Positions 36,476-45,905 of a DNA stretch of 50,367 nucleotides are shown in pieces. The translations under genes and the position numbers were made by a program. Below the pieces are notes generated by a model that ran no database searches, was not told the DNA's origin, and worked only from the letters and a program-made list of their open reading frames with translations. The DNA is from Candidatus Nealsonbacteria bacterium (lineage in GTDB: Bacteria; Patescibacteriota; Minisyncoccia; Minisyncoccales; PWPS01): NCBI GenBank assembly GCA_003551425.1, contig PUMP01000049.1, positions 1 to 50,367 on the forward strand. Direction: 5' to 3'. Position 1 is the stretch's first letter, and each line of letters opens with the position of its first letter.

Positions 36476-36484
36476 GAGTGCTAA
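36458..36484. promoter_or_regulatory. CIRCE-like HrcA operator (imperfect inverted repeat)
   Basis: TTAGCAAAC-ctttgtcaa-GAGTGCTAA compared with the consensus TTAGCACTC-N9-GAGTGCTAA. One arm is perfect and the other has 2 mismatches. Confidence 0.7.
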
Positions 36485-37032
36485 CATTGATAGGATGATA
36501 AGAGGAAACGCAACTTTCTTTTTTTCCAATATTCCCGAGAAGAGTTGATACCTATACGTTTTGTTTTAATAATCTTTTCTTTATCAATGCCCCTGTCCTC
36601 TACCCATAATCTTTTGCTTTCAGTGATATCCTCCATGTAAAAAGAATCGTTTATTTCAAAATGCTTACATATCTTTCCCGGGCCATCGGTTTTCGCAAAA
36701 GGAAAAACATAAGTATCAATCCCGCGAATAAGAATACAATCGGGAATCCCCTTTCTGGAAACCGAAATATTAAGCATCCAATACATGCCATAGATAAAAT
36801 AAACATATAAAAAACCGCCGTCGGCCCACATTGCTTTGTTGCGAGAAGTAACTCTTCCTCCGTAGGCGTGTGAAGCACTGTCACTGACTCCTTTGTATAG
36901 CTCTATCTCCGTTATCTTTCCCTCTCTCTTTTTATTGCCAATTTTTCTTATGAGATATTTTCCGAGAAGATCCGGTGCCACTTCCTCCCCCGCCCTACAG
37001 TAAAACTCTCTTAATAGTCTCTTTCCTTTCAT
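36481..37032 (-). CDS. DNA-3-methyladenine glycosylase (MPG/AAG family)
   Basis: 'FYCRAGEEVAPDLLGKYLI', 'ITEIELYKG..DSASHAYGGRVTSRNKAMW..GGFLYVYFIYGMYWMLNI'. Confidence 0.85.
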   Translation of the reverse strand: MKGKRLLREFYCRAGEEVAPDLLGKYLIRKIGNKKREGKITEIELYKGVSDSASHAYGGRVTSRNKAMWADGGFLYVYFIYGMYWMLNISVSRKGIPDCILIRGIDTYVFPFAKTDGPGKICKHFEINDSFYMEDITESKRLWVEDRGIDKEKIIKTKRIGINSSREYWKKRKLRFLLSSYQC

Positions 37033-37778
37033 TGAATAAAAATTCGATTATAACGTAAATCAATATATTCCAAATCACCTTCTTTTATTTGCTCTTTTCT
37101 TTCTCTTGTAAGGGTCTTCAAATTATCAAGCTGCTTTTCTATATCGTAAAAAGAGAGATAAATTCTCCAGCTATCATTTGTTAGAATTTTTATCTCTTCA
37201 TCACCCAAAAGGACAAAGTGATTAATGCCAATGCTCATTTTTGCCATTTTTTGCACTATATCAAATAACTTACCAAGATTTTCTTTGTATATGACCCGAT
37301 CTCCTTTAGAAAATTTTTCGTTTATAAAAATAAAATTTACAGCTTTTTCCGCTTCTTCATAAGCTATCCCGCTTTTATCTACATAATAACATTCCTCTCT
37401 TTTCTCTGTTTTGCACCAGATAGCAATCGGAAGTTTTTTTTCAGTTCTTATTCGTAGTGTTGCGGGGAAAACTCTTTTTACTGTTATATTTTCTATATTA
37501 AGATTTTCTTTTAAAATTATCTTCTCTATTTTTGAAACGGGAATAAAAAAGATACTTCCATCCAAAAGAACTTCTTCTACGTCTTTTAATATTTCACTGT
37601 TCTCTATATCAATATCTTTTACCTGAAAGAAGGGATAATAAAAAAAATATAAAAAAAGCCCTAAAAAGACAAGAAAGGAAAAGATAATATTACAAAAAAG
37701 GACATTAGACCAAATGCCTTTTTTCTTTCTTGTTTGGTGTTTTTTACGAAAGGATCTTTTTTTCATTGCCGTTTCCAT
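37029..37778 (-). CDS. ftsQ: Cell division protein FtsQ-like (POTRA domain)
   Basis: Basic N-terminus, a single TM helix, a POTRA-like 'VKDIDIENSEIL' segment, and its position beside murF. Confidence 0.65.
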   Translation of the reverse strand: METAMKKRSFRKKHQTRKKKGIWSNVLFCNIIFSFLVFLGLFLYFFYYPFFQVKDIDIENSEILKDVEEVLLDGSIFFIPVSKIEKIILKENLNIENITVKRVFPATLRIRTEKKLPIAIWCKTEKREECYYVDKSGIAYEEAEKAVNFIFINEKFSKGDRVIYKENLGKLFDIVQKMAKMSIGINHFVLLGDEEIKILTNDSWRIYLSFYDIEKQLDNLKTLTRERKEQIKEGDLEYIDLRYNRIFIQ

Positions 37779-39022
37779 TTTAATGTTTGACGAACAAGAA
37801 GATCTTCTGCATCTTCCGGATTATGCATAACAGAGAAAATGGCTTTTTCCAGCCTTATTCGCTGTGATCCTTTAACTAAAACAAGGCTTTGAGAAGAGAT
37901 TATATTTTCTAATTTCGGAATCATTTCTTCTACATTAGAAAAGGAAAAGGCTCGCTCTTCGCTCATTCCGGCAAGAAGCGCTGCTTTCTTCATTTCATTG
38001 GCCCACTCTCCTACAAAAAAAGCATAATCACAAATAGAGGCGGCTTTTTTTCCTATTTTACGATGTTCTTCTGCCGAATAATTTCCAATTTCCAGCATAT
38101 CGCCCAATACCGCAATCTTTTTTTTCGCCGATATGTCTTTTAACGTATCAAGGCTCGACATCATGGAATGGGGAGCGGCATTATAGCTGCCATCCAAAAT
38201 AGTGCTATCATTAATTCCTTTTATAGGGTAAAATCTTCCTTTAACAGGGCGTATTCTTTTCATCATTTTCGGTATTTTTTCTGCAGGTATCTCCAAACAA
38301 ACACCTACAAGGAAAACAGAGGCTGCAAGATAAGCGAAATGATTTCCAATACATTTTGGTAAAGATATTTCATATTCTTTGTTATTATATTCAATCAAAG
38401 TCAATATTCCATTCAAGTTATTTCCTTGAAAACGCTTAATAACCGCATCACTTTCTTCTGAGAACCCAAAAGTGATTTTCTCTGCTTTTGTTTTCATCTT
38501 TGAAACATACCGATCATCTTTATTCAAAATCACTTTTTTGTTGGGCGAAAGAGAATAAATTAATTTTTCTTTTTCTTGAGCTACCTCTTCCGGGCTTTTA
38601 TAGAACTCAACATGAACAGGGATATTTCCTATCGCAGTAATAATTGCAATGTCCGGCTTAATGAACTCGGAGAGATACCCAATATCCCCGGGCTTATCGG
38701 CTGCAAGTTCAGTGATTATGATGTCGGGATAATTTTTGTCTTTTTTTAAAAGAAGAGATATTCCTCTAAGGAGAATAATAAACCAACTCCAAGCACTTTC
38801 TCCGGGCCTTTCAACTCCCAAAAAAACGAGAGGAGCTCCTATCTCCGTATTCAAATTGCCAGCGCTTTTTCTTATTTTTCTAAACCCTGAAAAGGCGTCG
38901 TAAATAGCATCTTTGGTTGATGTTTTCCCTACACTGCCCGTTACCGCAATAATATATGGATCATATCTACCAATTACTCGAGAAACAATGCTTTTGAGCA
39001 AAAATTTCAGAATATTTTTCAT
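37763..39022 (-). CDS. murF: UDP-N-acetylmuramoyl-tripeptide--D-alanyl-D-alanine ligase
   Basis: 'AVTGSVGKTSTKDAI', 'DGSYNAAPHSMMSSLDTL', 'IAVLGDMLEIGNYSAEEHRKIG'. Confidence 0.85.
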   Translation of the reverse strand: MKNILKFLLKSIVSRVIGRYDPYIIAVTGSVGKTSTKDAIYDAFSGFRKIRKSAGNLNTEIGAPLVFLGVERPGESAWSWFIILLRGISLLLKKDKNYPDIIITELAADKPGDIGYLSEFIKPDIAIITAIGNIPVHVEFYKSPEEVAQEKEKLIYSLSPNKKVILNKDDRYVSKMKTKAEKITFGFSEESDAVIKRFQGNNLNGILTLIEYNNKEYEISLPKCIGNHFAYLAASVFLVGVCLEIPAEKIPKMMKRIRPVKGRFYPIKGINDSTILDGSYNAAPHSMMSSLDTLKDISAKKKIAVLGDMLEIGNYSAEEHRKIGKKAASICDYAFFVGEWANEMKKAALLAGMSEERAFSFSNVEEMIPKLENIISSQSLVLVKGSQRIRLEKAIFSVMHNPEDAEDLLVRQTLKWKRQ

Positions 39023-39945
39023 TTTTTAATTATTTTAGAAGCCATATGGTAAGCCGCATACCTTGCTTTCTTCAGGGGGATGTCCCTGGTGGGAGGATAT
39101 AAAATTTCCTCTCCTCCAAATCCTTTTTTAAAAAGAGTGACTCCCGGGTATTTCTTCTCGTCTATTCCCCAAAAGTCATATTTTGTGCATCCCTCTCTTC
39201 GAGCGTAATCTATCGATTTAAAAATAATGAGACTGACTGCGTTAAGTTGCTTCTTTTTATGGTCTGATGCAGCATGTAAGAAAGTTACCGTATTACCGAA
39301 AAAATAAATGATTGATGTCGCTACGGGATCGCCTTCATGCGTAGCAATGAAAAGCTTGCAATTGGTTTTGTTTAATAAATTTTGGAAATAGTCTTTCGGG
39401 TAACTGTCAAATCCTTGCCTTTCCTTTGTATTTTCAAGCAATTGATAAAACGTATCAATGTCGCTACTTATTTCCACCTTCACTCCCTTCTTTATCGCCG
39501 TGCGCACACTGTATCTGGTGCTTTTTCGAAAATCTGCCAGTATTTCTTCCTCTTTTTCCTTTATATCCGATACTAATGTTTTTTGCGGTTGAATACGATG
39601 CGGACTCTTTGTTCCTAAAAGTATTTCGGTAGTTGGCTCTATTTTGATGAAAGCAAAACCTTTCCCGAGCTTACTTCCTGTCTCCTTTATCAACTCTTCT
39701 CCTGCCTTCTTTTCAAGATAAACGGGACCGTAAGGAATATACAAATAATTACCGAGAGGGTTTTTCTCTTCAAAAATCTGGCAAACGCCCAATATCTTAC
39801 CCGTATTATCTATAGCTCTGAGTCTCCAAACTTTTTGATAATCTTTTTTGAATTCCCCCCAATCAAAGGACTGTAAGAAACTACCACTATTACTTTTTAA
39901 AAAATCATCCCACCTTTCTTTTGACTGGCAAAAGTCGATTTTCAT
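39019..39945 (-). CDS. FemAB-family aminoacyl-tRNA-dependent peptidoglycan peptidyltransferase (FemX-like)
   Basis: 'SFLQSFDWGEFK', 'LYIPYGP', 'FKKGFGG' and a GNAT-duplication size of about 300 aa. Confidence 0.8.
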   Translation of the reverse strand: MKIDFCQSKERWDDFLKSNSGSFLQSFDWGEFKKDYQKVWRLRAIDNTGKILGVCQIFEEKNPLGNYLYIPYGPVYLEKKAGEELIKETGSKLGKGFAFIKIEPTTEILLGTKSPHRIQPQKTLVSDIKEKEEEILADFRKSTRYSVRTAIKKGVKVEISSDIDTFYQLLENTKERQGFDSYPKDYFQNLLNKTNCKLFIATHEGDPVATSIIYFFGNTVTFLHAASDHKKKQLNAVSLIIFKSIDYARREGCTKYDFWGIDEKKYPGVTLFKKGFGGEEILYPPTRDIPLKKARYAAYHMASKIIKK

Positions 39946-39946
39946 C

Positions 39947-41200
39947 TCATTTTATTTCCTTAAAGGGGAGATATTTGCGCAGTGCCGAAGGAATAACAAT
40001 ACTTCCATCTGCTTGTTGGTGGTTTTCCATAATAGAGATAATAATCCTTCCGATCGCAAGAGCAGTGCCGTTTAACATGTGGGTAAACCGAACTCCTTCT
40101 TTGCCTTTATAACGAATATTGAGTCTTCTTGATTGAAAATCGGTGCAATTGGAGGTAGAGTGAGTCTCTCTGTATTGGTTTTGCCCGGGCATCCAGGCTT
40201 CTATGTCATATTTTTTTGCCGCGGGGTCACCAAGATCAGCAGTGCATATGTCTACCACCTGGTACGGTATCTCAAGAGCCTGCATAAGCTCTTCTTCTAT
40301 GCTTAGCAAAAGCTCGTGTTCTTCTTTGGACTTTTCCGGGGTTGTAAAAGAAAACATCTCCACTTTTTCAAATTGATGAACACGCAAAATCCCTTTCGTG
40401 TCTTTTCCGTGCGACCCGGCTTCTCTTCTAAAACAAGAAGAATAGCCCACATATCTTCTGGGGAGTTCTTTTTCATTGAAGATTTCTCCGGAGTGCATAG
40501 GTCCAATTATCTGCTCCGATGTTCCTATAAGATAAAGGTTATCTTTCTCCAGATGATATATCTCGTCACCACCACGCTCTACATAACCCATACCCTCCAT
40601 CATCTCCGGCCTGATCATGACCGGGGGAAGTAAAGGAACAAATCCATATTTTTGAGTAATTTCCAAAGCAAGACTTATCAAAGCAAAATGCAAATAAGCG
40701 GCTTCTTTTTTGATAATCCCGAAGCGTGTCCCAGAAACCTTGGCCGCTCGTTTTATGTCAATGAGATCCATTTTTTCGGCCAACTCCAGATAATCTTTTA
40801 CAGGAAAATCAAACTCCCTAATCTGCCCCTCCCTGCGCAAGACTTTGTTATCTTTTTCGCTTTGCCCGAGAGGTACCTCTTCAAGGGGAAGGTTAGGTAT
40901 CTTTCTGAGCTCTTTATTTAATTCTTTTTCAATTTCCTTTAATTTTTCCTCGAACTTCTCGCTTTCTTTACCGATGTCTCTCATCTTCTTAATTATACTT
41001 TCTTTTTCTTCTTTATTTGCCTTCTTGATATCTTCGTTAGCTTTATTCTTCTGTGCTCGAAACTCCTCAATTTTCTGCAAAAACTCTCTTTTTTGCTTGT
41101 CTAGAGAGAGAAGGAGTTCGATGTCAATCTCTACCCCCTTTTTTCTAGATCCCTCCTCTACAACTTTTGGGTTTTCACGAATAAATTTAATATCCAGCAT
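39947..41200 (-). CDS. serS: Seryl-tRNA synthetase
   Basis: 'MLDIKFIRENP', a coiled-coil arm, 'SSCFRREAGSHGKDTKGILRVHQFEKVE' and 'GTALAIGRIIISIMENHQ'. I chose the start at 41200 because the longer listed ORF overlaps the upstream gene. Confidence 0.95.
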   Translation of the reverse strand: MLDIKFIRENPKVVEEGSRKKGVEIDIELLLSLDKQKREFLQKIEEFRAQKNKANEDIKKANKEEKESIIKKMRDIGKESEKFEEKLKEIEKELNKELRKIPNLPLEEVPLGQSEKDNKVLRREGQIREFDFPVKDYLELAEKMDLIDIKRAAKVSGTRFGIIKKEAAYLHFALISLALEITQKYGFVPLLPPVMIRPEMMEGMGYVERGGDEIYHLEKDNLYLIGTSEQIIGPMHSGEIFNEKELPRRYVGYSSCFRREAGSHGKDTKGILRVHQFEKVEMFSFTTPEKSKEEHELLLSIEEELMQALEIPYQVVDICTADLGDPAAKKYDIEAWMPGQNQYRETHSTSNCTDFQSRRLNIRYKGKEGVRFTHMLNGTALAIGRIIISIMENHQQADGSIVIPSALRKYLPFKEIK

Positions 41201-41210
41201 GTTTTTTTTA

Positions 41211-41768
41211 TTATAAATCAAGATCTTTGCTAATATCTTGCATTGCATTAAGGCCAATTCCCAGGAAGTCATTAAGGTCGATTCCAATCTCACTACACGA
41301 CGCTATGGCCTCTCTGTTTGCGCCTTTTGCAAAAGCTTTTTCTTTAAATCTTTTTTGTATGGAAGTCACGTTAATGTCATTTATCTTCTTGCTGGGCAAA
41401 ACCAATACAGAAGCAACAATAAGTCCTGTTAATGGATCAGCCGCATAAATTGCCTTTTCCAGTAAGCTTTTTCTTTCTTTGCCGGTTTCTTCGTTGTGAG
41501 CAAGCGCAGCATCAATAATTTCTTGTTCTGCTCCTCTCTCTTTAAGTATCTGAGCACCAACGACACCGTGTTCTTGGGGCTTGTTTCGATAATCAACAAT
41601 CTCCATGTCAATATCATGAACCAACCCTGCAATCCCCCACTTTTCCTCGTCTTCATTAAGTCTTTTCGCTAAAGATCGCATCACCGCCTCTAGAGCAAGC
41701 ATATGCTTGATGCTGTTCTTATTGTTTACGTGTTTTTTTATTAACAGTAACGCCTCTTCTCTTTTCAT
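41211..41768 (-). CDS. HD/HDIG-domain metal-dependent phosphohydrolase
   Basis: 'IKHMLALEAVMRSLA' and 'GLVHDIDME' (HD motif), at the typical ~185-aa HDIG size. Confidence 0.8.
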   Translation of the reverse strand: MKREEALLLIKKHVNNKNSIKHMLALEAVMRSLAKRLNEDEEKWGIAGLVHDIDMEIVDYRNKPQEHGVVGAQILKERGAEQEIIDAALAHNEETGKERKSLLEKAIYAADPLTGLIVASVLVLPSKKINDINVTSIQKRFKEKAFAKGANREAIASCSEIGIDLNDFLGIGLNAMQDISKDLDL

Positions 41769-41769
41769 G

Positions 41770-43236
41770 TTATTTTTTTTCTTTTTTCATCGCAGGAAAA
41801 AGTATAGTTTCCCGCAAACTGTAAAAATCTGTAAGAAGAGCACAAAGACGATCAATCCCCATTCCAAATCCTGCGGTTGGCGGCATACCATGCTCTAACG
41901 CTTCAATAAAATCACTATCCATTCTTTGAGCCTCTTCAAAGCCTTCTTTGAACATTTCTTCCTGTTTTTTAAATACACGCAACTGCTCTACAGGGTCATT
42001 CAATTCAGAAAAAGCATTAATAATCTCCCATCCGCCAACATAAAGCTGAAAATTAGCAAGCTTATCACCGTTTCCCGGAAGGGGCTTGGCAAGAGGCTGA
42101 AAGCCTTTGGGGTGGTGAATTAAAAAGGTTGGCTGGCGAAGCTTGTGCCTGCTTTTGTGCTTAAAGATTTCATCACTAATATTTGCCTTATCCGCTCCCC
42201 TATCTATTTCAATGCCCATTTTCCCCGCTTCTTTTTTAAGCTCTTCTAAATCAGCCTTCTCTAAATCTATCCCTGTTTCTTCTTGAAAAAGCTGATAAAA
42301 CTCTTTTCGTGGCCAGGGCGTAGAAAAATCAATTTTTTCTCCTTGGTACCAAATATCTGTTCTTCCAAAAACAGAAAGCAATACCTCGCAAAACATTTTC
42401 TCAGTAAATTTCATCAAATCTTTGTAGTCAGCATAAGCCCAGTAAAATTCAAGTAAAGTAAATTCTGGATTATGGCTTCTATCGATGCCTTCGTTACGAA
42501 AACAACGGGCAAACTCATATATCTTTTCCCATCCTCCGATAATAAGTCTTTTTAAATAAAGCTCGGGAGCGATACGCAAATAAAACTCCGAGTCCAGTGC
42601 TTTGTAGTGAGTCTTAAATGGTTTTGCCGCGGTACCTCCGTATATGGGATGAAGTACGGGCGTTTCTACTTCCATAAAGTCGTTGTCCTCTAAAAACCTT
42701 CTAATTTCTTTTATAATTTTAAAGCGTTTTTCGAATTTGTCTTTTACTTCAGAATTAAAGATAAGGTCAAGATAGCGCTTCCTGTACCTCTCTTCGGCGT
42801 TTTGAAGCCCATGCCATTTTTCAGGAAGAGGGAAAAGGCTTTTCGCTAATACCTTATAATCGTCCACTTTCAGTGTTTTCTCTCCTTTTTTTGTAAGAAA
42901 GAGAGTCCCTTTTGCTTCTATAAAATCACCTATATCAAAATTATCTAACAAAAAATTATACGACTTTGCTCCCACAATTTCGCTAGAAACGAAAATTTGT
43001 AACTCCCCTTTTCCGTCTTCAATATTAAGAAAAGCTATTTTACCATGTTGGCGAAATGACTTTATTCTTCCCGCTAAAACTATTTCTTTTTCTTCTTTTA
43101 GATCGTCAAATTTTTCTTGTGCCTCTATAATAAAATGCGTTCTCTCTGTGTTTATTGGATAAGGAGAGACTCCTGCGTCTTGTATCTTTTTTAACTTTGA
43201 GAGACGATTATTGCGAAGTTCTTCTTTTCTACTCAT
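41770..43236 (-). CDS. lysS: Lysyl-tRNA synthetase, class II
   Basis: OB-fold N-domain, 'FMEVETPVLHPIYGGTAAKPF', 'LRIAPELYLKRLIIGG..KIYEFARCFRNEGID..HNPEFT' and 'GFGMGIDRL'. Confidence 0.95.
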   Translation of the reverse strand: MSRKEELRNNRLSKLKKIQDAGVSPYPINTERTHFIIEAQEKFDDLKEEKEIVLAGRIKSFRQHGKIAFLNIEDGKGELQIFVSSEIVGAKSYNFLLDNFDIGDFIEAKGTLFLTKKGEKTLKVDDYKVLAKSLFPLPEKWHGLQNAEERYRKRYLDLIFNSEVKDKFEKRFKIIKEIRRFLEDNDFMEVETPVLHPIYGGTAAKPFKTHYKALDSEFYLRIAPELYLKRLIIGGWEKIYEFARCFRNEGIDRSHNPEFTLLEFYWAYADYKDLMKFTEKMFCEVLLSVFGRTDIWYQGEKIDFSTPWPRKEFYQLFQEETGIDLEKADLEELKKEAGKMGIEIDRGADKANISDEIFKHKSRHKLRQPTFLIHHPKGFQPLAKPLPGNGDKLANFQLYVGGWEIINAFSELNDPVEQLRVFKKQEEMFKEGFEEAQRMDSDFIEALEHGMPPTAGFGMGIDRLCALLTDFYSLRETILFPAMKKEKK

Positions 43237-43252
43237 TGTTTAAAACAATTAA

Positions 43253-43708
43253 TTAATTTATATCCAAGATTTCAAACTTTTTTTCCTTGGAAGGAGTTTG
43301 TACCGTACACACATCCCCCTTCTTTTTGTTCAAAAAAGCTTTACCCAGGGGAGATTCACAGGATATTTTTCCTTGAGAGGGATCCGACTCTGTCCCGCCC
43401 ACAATCTCCATTTTTTTTTCGTCTCCGTTTTCTTTTACCAATATTTTTGAGCCAATTTGAACGGTTCCACTTCCGGACTTTTTTTCAACAACTTTTGCTT
43501 CCTTTAAGGTTTCTCGCAATTTTAATATTTGAGACTCCAACATGCTTTGCTCGGTTTTCGCATCATCGTAGGCAGAGTTTTCGCTTAAATCCCCAAAAGA
43601 AGCGGCGTGTTTCAACTTATTGGCCACCTCTCTTCTTTTTTCTTTCTCTAAATAAGAAAGCTCATCTTTTAATTTTTTAATCTCTGATGGTGTAAAGCAT
43701 TTTTCCAT
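43253..43708 (-). CDS. greA: Transcription elongation factor GreA
   Basis: 'FGDLSENSAYDDAKTEQ', a coiled-coil N-domain, and C-terminal 'ISCESPLGKAFLNKKKGD'. Confidence 0.9.
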   Translation of the reverse strand: MEKCFTPSEIKKLKDELSYLEKEKRREVANKLKHAASFGDLSENSAYDDAKTEQSMLESQILKLRETLKEAKVVEKKSGSGTVQIGSKILVKENGDEKKMEIVGGTESDPSQGKISCESPLGKAFLNKKKGDVCTVQTPSKEKKFEILDIN

Positions 43709-43723
43709 ATGTTTTTTTGTATA

Positions 43724-45631
43724 TTACTCTTCATTAAAGTACCATTTAAGTATCTCAAACGCAAGTGGACCGGTAACAGGTTGTATTCCTTCAACTTCCT
43801 CAATAACTATTGTAATCACTATCTCCGGATCTTCATAAGGTGCAAAAGCGGTTATCCAGTTATGATAATGACCGGGCTTTGATATTTGTGTCGTTCCCGT
43901 TTTAGCGCCTGAATCAACAGAAAGATTCCCAAGGGTTCTGGCCGTTCCGATGGTTGTTGTCTTTTTCATGCCTTCTTTTATTATTTCCAGATTTTCCGGA
44001 GAAACAAAGCCTTCTTTGATTACTTTACTTTCTGTTCTTTCGATTACTTCTCCTTTGTCATCAACTATTTCTTTTAGCAGATAAGGGGATAAAAGCCTTC
44101 CCCCGTTTATCAATGCTCCATACGATGCCGCTACTTGCAAAGGAGTGGTGGAAAGATATCCTTGCCCGATAGAGGTATTATAAGTGTCTCCGATGCGCCA
44201 CATGTCTTCGATTGTCTCCAGCTTCCACTCCGGAGAAGGAATAAACCCTTCTTTTTCATTTGGAAGATCAACTCCTGTTCTTTGCCCCCATCCGAAAAGC
44301 TCAAGGTAATCCTTAATTCTGTTTATTCCCAGTCCTTCTTGATCGTCATAGCCCCCTCCAATACTGTAAAAATACACGTTGCTGGAAACAGCAATCGCTT
44401 CTTTTATGTTTGTCCAGCCATGCGCTTGATAATCCCTAAAAATAATAGGATTTTCTGAGTCCCAAGGATTTTCAATTAAGATATATCCAGGACTATGAAT
44501 CTTTTTAGTAGGAGTAATAATTTCTTCTTCCAGTGCTGCTACAGCGAGAAAAGGCTTTATAATGGATCCGGGAGAATAGGCGGAAGAAGTTACTCTGTTT
44601 ATAAAAGCGCCGCCTCTGTCTTCAAAAAGAGAAGAAAAGTCTTCTCTGCTACCTCCTTTCTGAAAAAGGTTATTGTCAAAACTTGGGATGCTTACCATAG
44701 AAAGGATTTCTCCCGTTTGTGGATTAAGTACCACGATTGAGGCTTTTTCGGCATTTATTTCTTTTAATTTTTCTTTGGTTCTCTCTGTGATAAACCTTTG
44801 AAGATCACTGTCAATTGTTAAAACTAAGCTTACTCCCTCCTCTTTTTCGTCAAGAACCTCTTCCGACTTAATATTTCTACTGGTATCATATTCCGTTTTA
44901 ATTCGGACACCCTCTCTTGTTAGTTGTTCTTCATAAAATTTTTCTATGCCGGTTTTCCCCGCATAATCGTGTATATTATATTTATCCGGATTTTTACGCA
45001 TCGTTTCTCTGTCCACTTTTCCGATATATCCTAAAACATGAGAGAATATATCTCCGTCTTTATACTCTCTTCCTATCTTACTGGAAATAGAAAAACCGGG
45101 AAGATTGACTATCTCTGCCTGTAAAAGGACCATCTCTTCGTGGTCCAACGATTCTTTTATTAAGGCTTGCTCACTGTCGGCAACCTCTATCTTTTCCAGA
45201 ATATCGCTCTTTTCTACATCTATTATTTCGGAAACTCTTTTCAAATGGCCTCTCTCTTTCAGAAAAAGTTCATTTCTTTGAAAATATAGGTCAAATCGAG
45301 GAGAGTTATGAACAAGCTGATTCATGTTACGATCATAAATAACTCCTCTTAAAAGCTGCATTGAAGAAATAGTTGTTCTGTTTCTTTCTGCAATAGCAGC
45401 AAAACTCTCTCCTTGGATAATTTGAAGCTGGCCACTTCTTATTAGCAAGAAAAAGAACATTATAAAAAAGCAACTCATGAAAACTATTGCCGATCTTTTT
45501 GAAAGAGGCACTTCCATTCGTTTTTTAGATATTCCAAATTCTTCCTCTTTCTTTTTGGCAAAATCATCCAACAAGATCTCTTGCGGCTCTATATCTTTAC
45601 TCTTAGATTTAAGAAACAGTGAATTCAACAT
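43724..45631 (-). CDS. mrdA: Penicillin-binding protein 2-type transpeptidase (class B PBP)
   Basis: N-terminal TM helix and dimerisation domain. Motifs SxxK 'SIIK', SxN 'SSN' and KTG 'KTGT' are present. Its position after mreC-mreD favours PBP2 over FtsI. Confidence 0.8.
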   Translation of the reverse strand: MLNSLFLKSKSKDIEPQEILLDDFAKKKEEEFGISKKRMEVPLSKRSAIVFMSCFFIMFFFLLIRSGQLQIIQGESFAAIAERNRTTISSMQLLRGVIYDRNMNQLVHNSPRFDLYFQRNELFLKERGHLKRVSEIIDVEKSDILEKIEVADSEQALIKESLDHEEMVLLQAEIVNLPGFSISSKIGREYKDGDIFSHVLGYIGKVDRETMRKNPDKYNIHDYAGKTGIEKFYEEQLTREGVRIKTEYDTSRNIKSEEVLDEKEEGVSLVLTIDSDLQRFITERTKEKLKEINAEKASIVVLNPQTGEILSMVSIPSFDNNLFQKGGSREDFSSLFEDRGGAFINRVTSSAYSPGSIIKPFLAVAALEEEIITPTKKIHSPGYILIENPWDSENPIIFRDYQAHGWTNIKEAIAVSSNVYFYSIGGGYDDQEGLGINRIKDYLELFGWGQRTGVDLPNEKEGFIPSPEWKLETIEDMWRIGDTYNTSIGQGYLSTTPLQVAASYGALINGGRLLSPYLLKEIVDDKGEVIERTESKVIKEGFVSPENLEIIKEGMKKTTTIGTARTLGNLSVDSGAKTGTTQISKPGHYHNWITAFAPYEDPEIVITIVIEEVEGIQPVTGPLAFEILKWYFNEE

Positions 45632-45905
45632 ATCTTCTTAATATTCTTTTTAGCAAATAAGCTAAGAAAAGAAATGATACTACATAGGTTCCAATTGGCA
45701 TGGTAGAAAAAACATCAACCCAAAATCCGGCAAAAACAGCGATATAGAACCCCTCAACTCTTTTGAAATCTTCTAATAAATTATAAATCAGAACAAGCGC
45801 TAAGAGAAGATTGGGAACCAGTCCGTATATTGGAAAATGAATAAAAAAACTACTCTGTAAAATTGCAAACATTGTTACGATAAAAAAAAGAAGAAATATT
45901 TTCAT
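45609..45905 (-). CDS. mreD: Rod shape-determining protein MreD-like (short, 98 aa)
   Basis: Small polytopic membrane protein between mreC and the PBP2 gene, overlapping both. Assigned mainly by context. Confidence 0.55.
   Translation of the reverse strand: MKIFLLFFIVTMFAILQSSFFIHFPIYGLVPNLLLALVLIYNLLEDFKRVEGFYIAVFAGFWVDVFSTMPIGTYVVSFLFLAYLLKRILRRYVEFTVS

Noticed and set aside
41201-41293. Longer N-terminal extensions in the ORF track: serS from 41293, pgeF from 4851, gltX from 19315, the Xer recombinase from 21179, rubrerythrin from 27935 and murG from 18222.
   Set aside because: The extensions overlap the preceding gene and add residues with no homology. Internal ATGs reproduce canonical N-termini ([29 protein letters not shown], and others).
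211-45000. Dozens of 60-160 aa ORFs in the supplied track lie antisense to, or out of frame with, long recognisable genes. Examples: 211-456, 1934-2155, 3363-3630, 23101-23583, 24292-24753, 33102-35315, 40316-41216 and 44135-44740.
   Set aside because: They sit entirely inside strongly supported genes (MscS, Kef, pyrG, rplI, dnaK, dnaJ, serS, PBP2 and others). Their low-complexity, Ser/Phe/Leu-rich translations are typical of shadow frames in AT-rich DNA. They have no start signals of their own.
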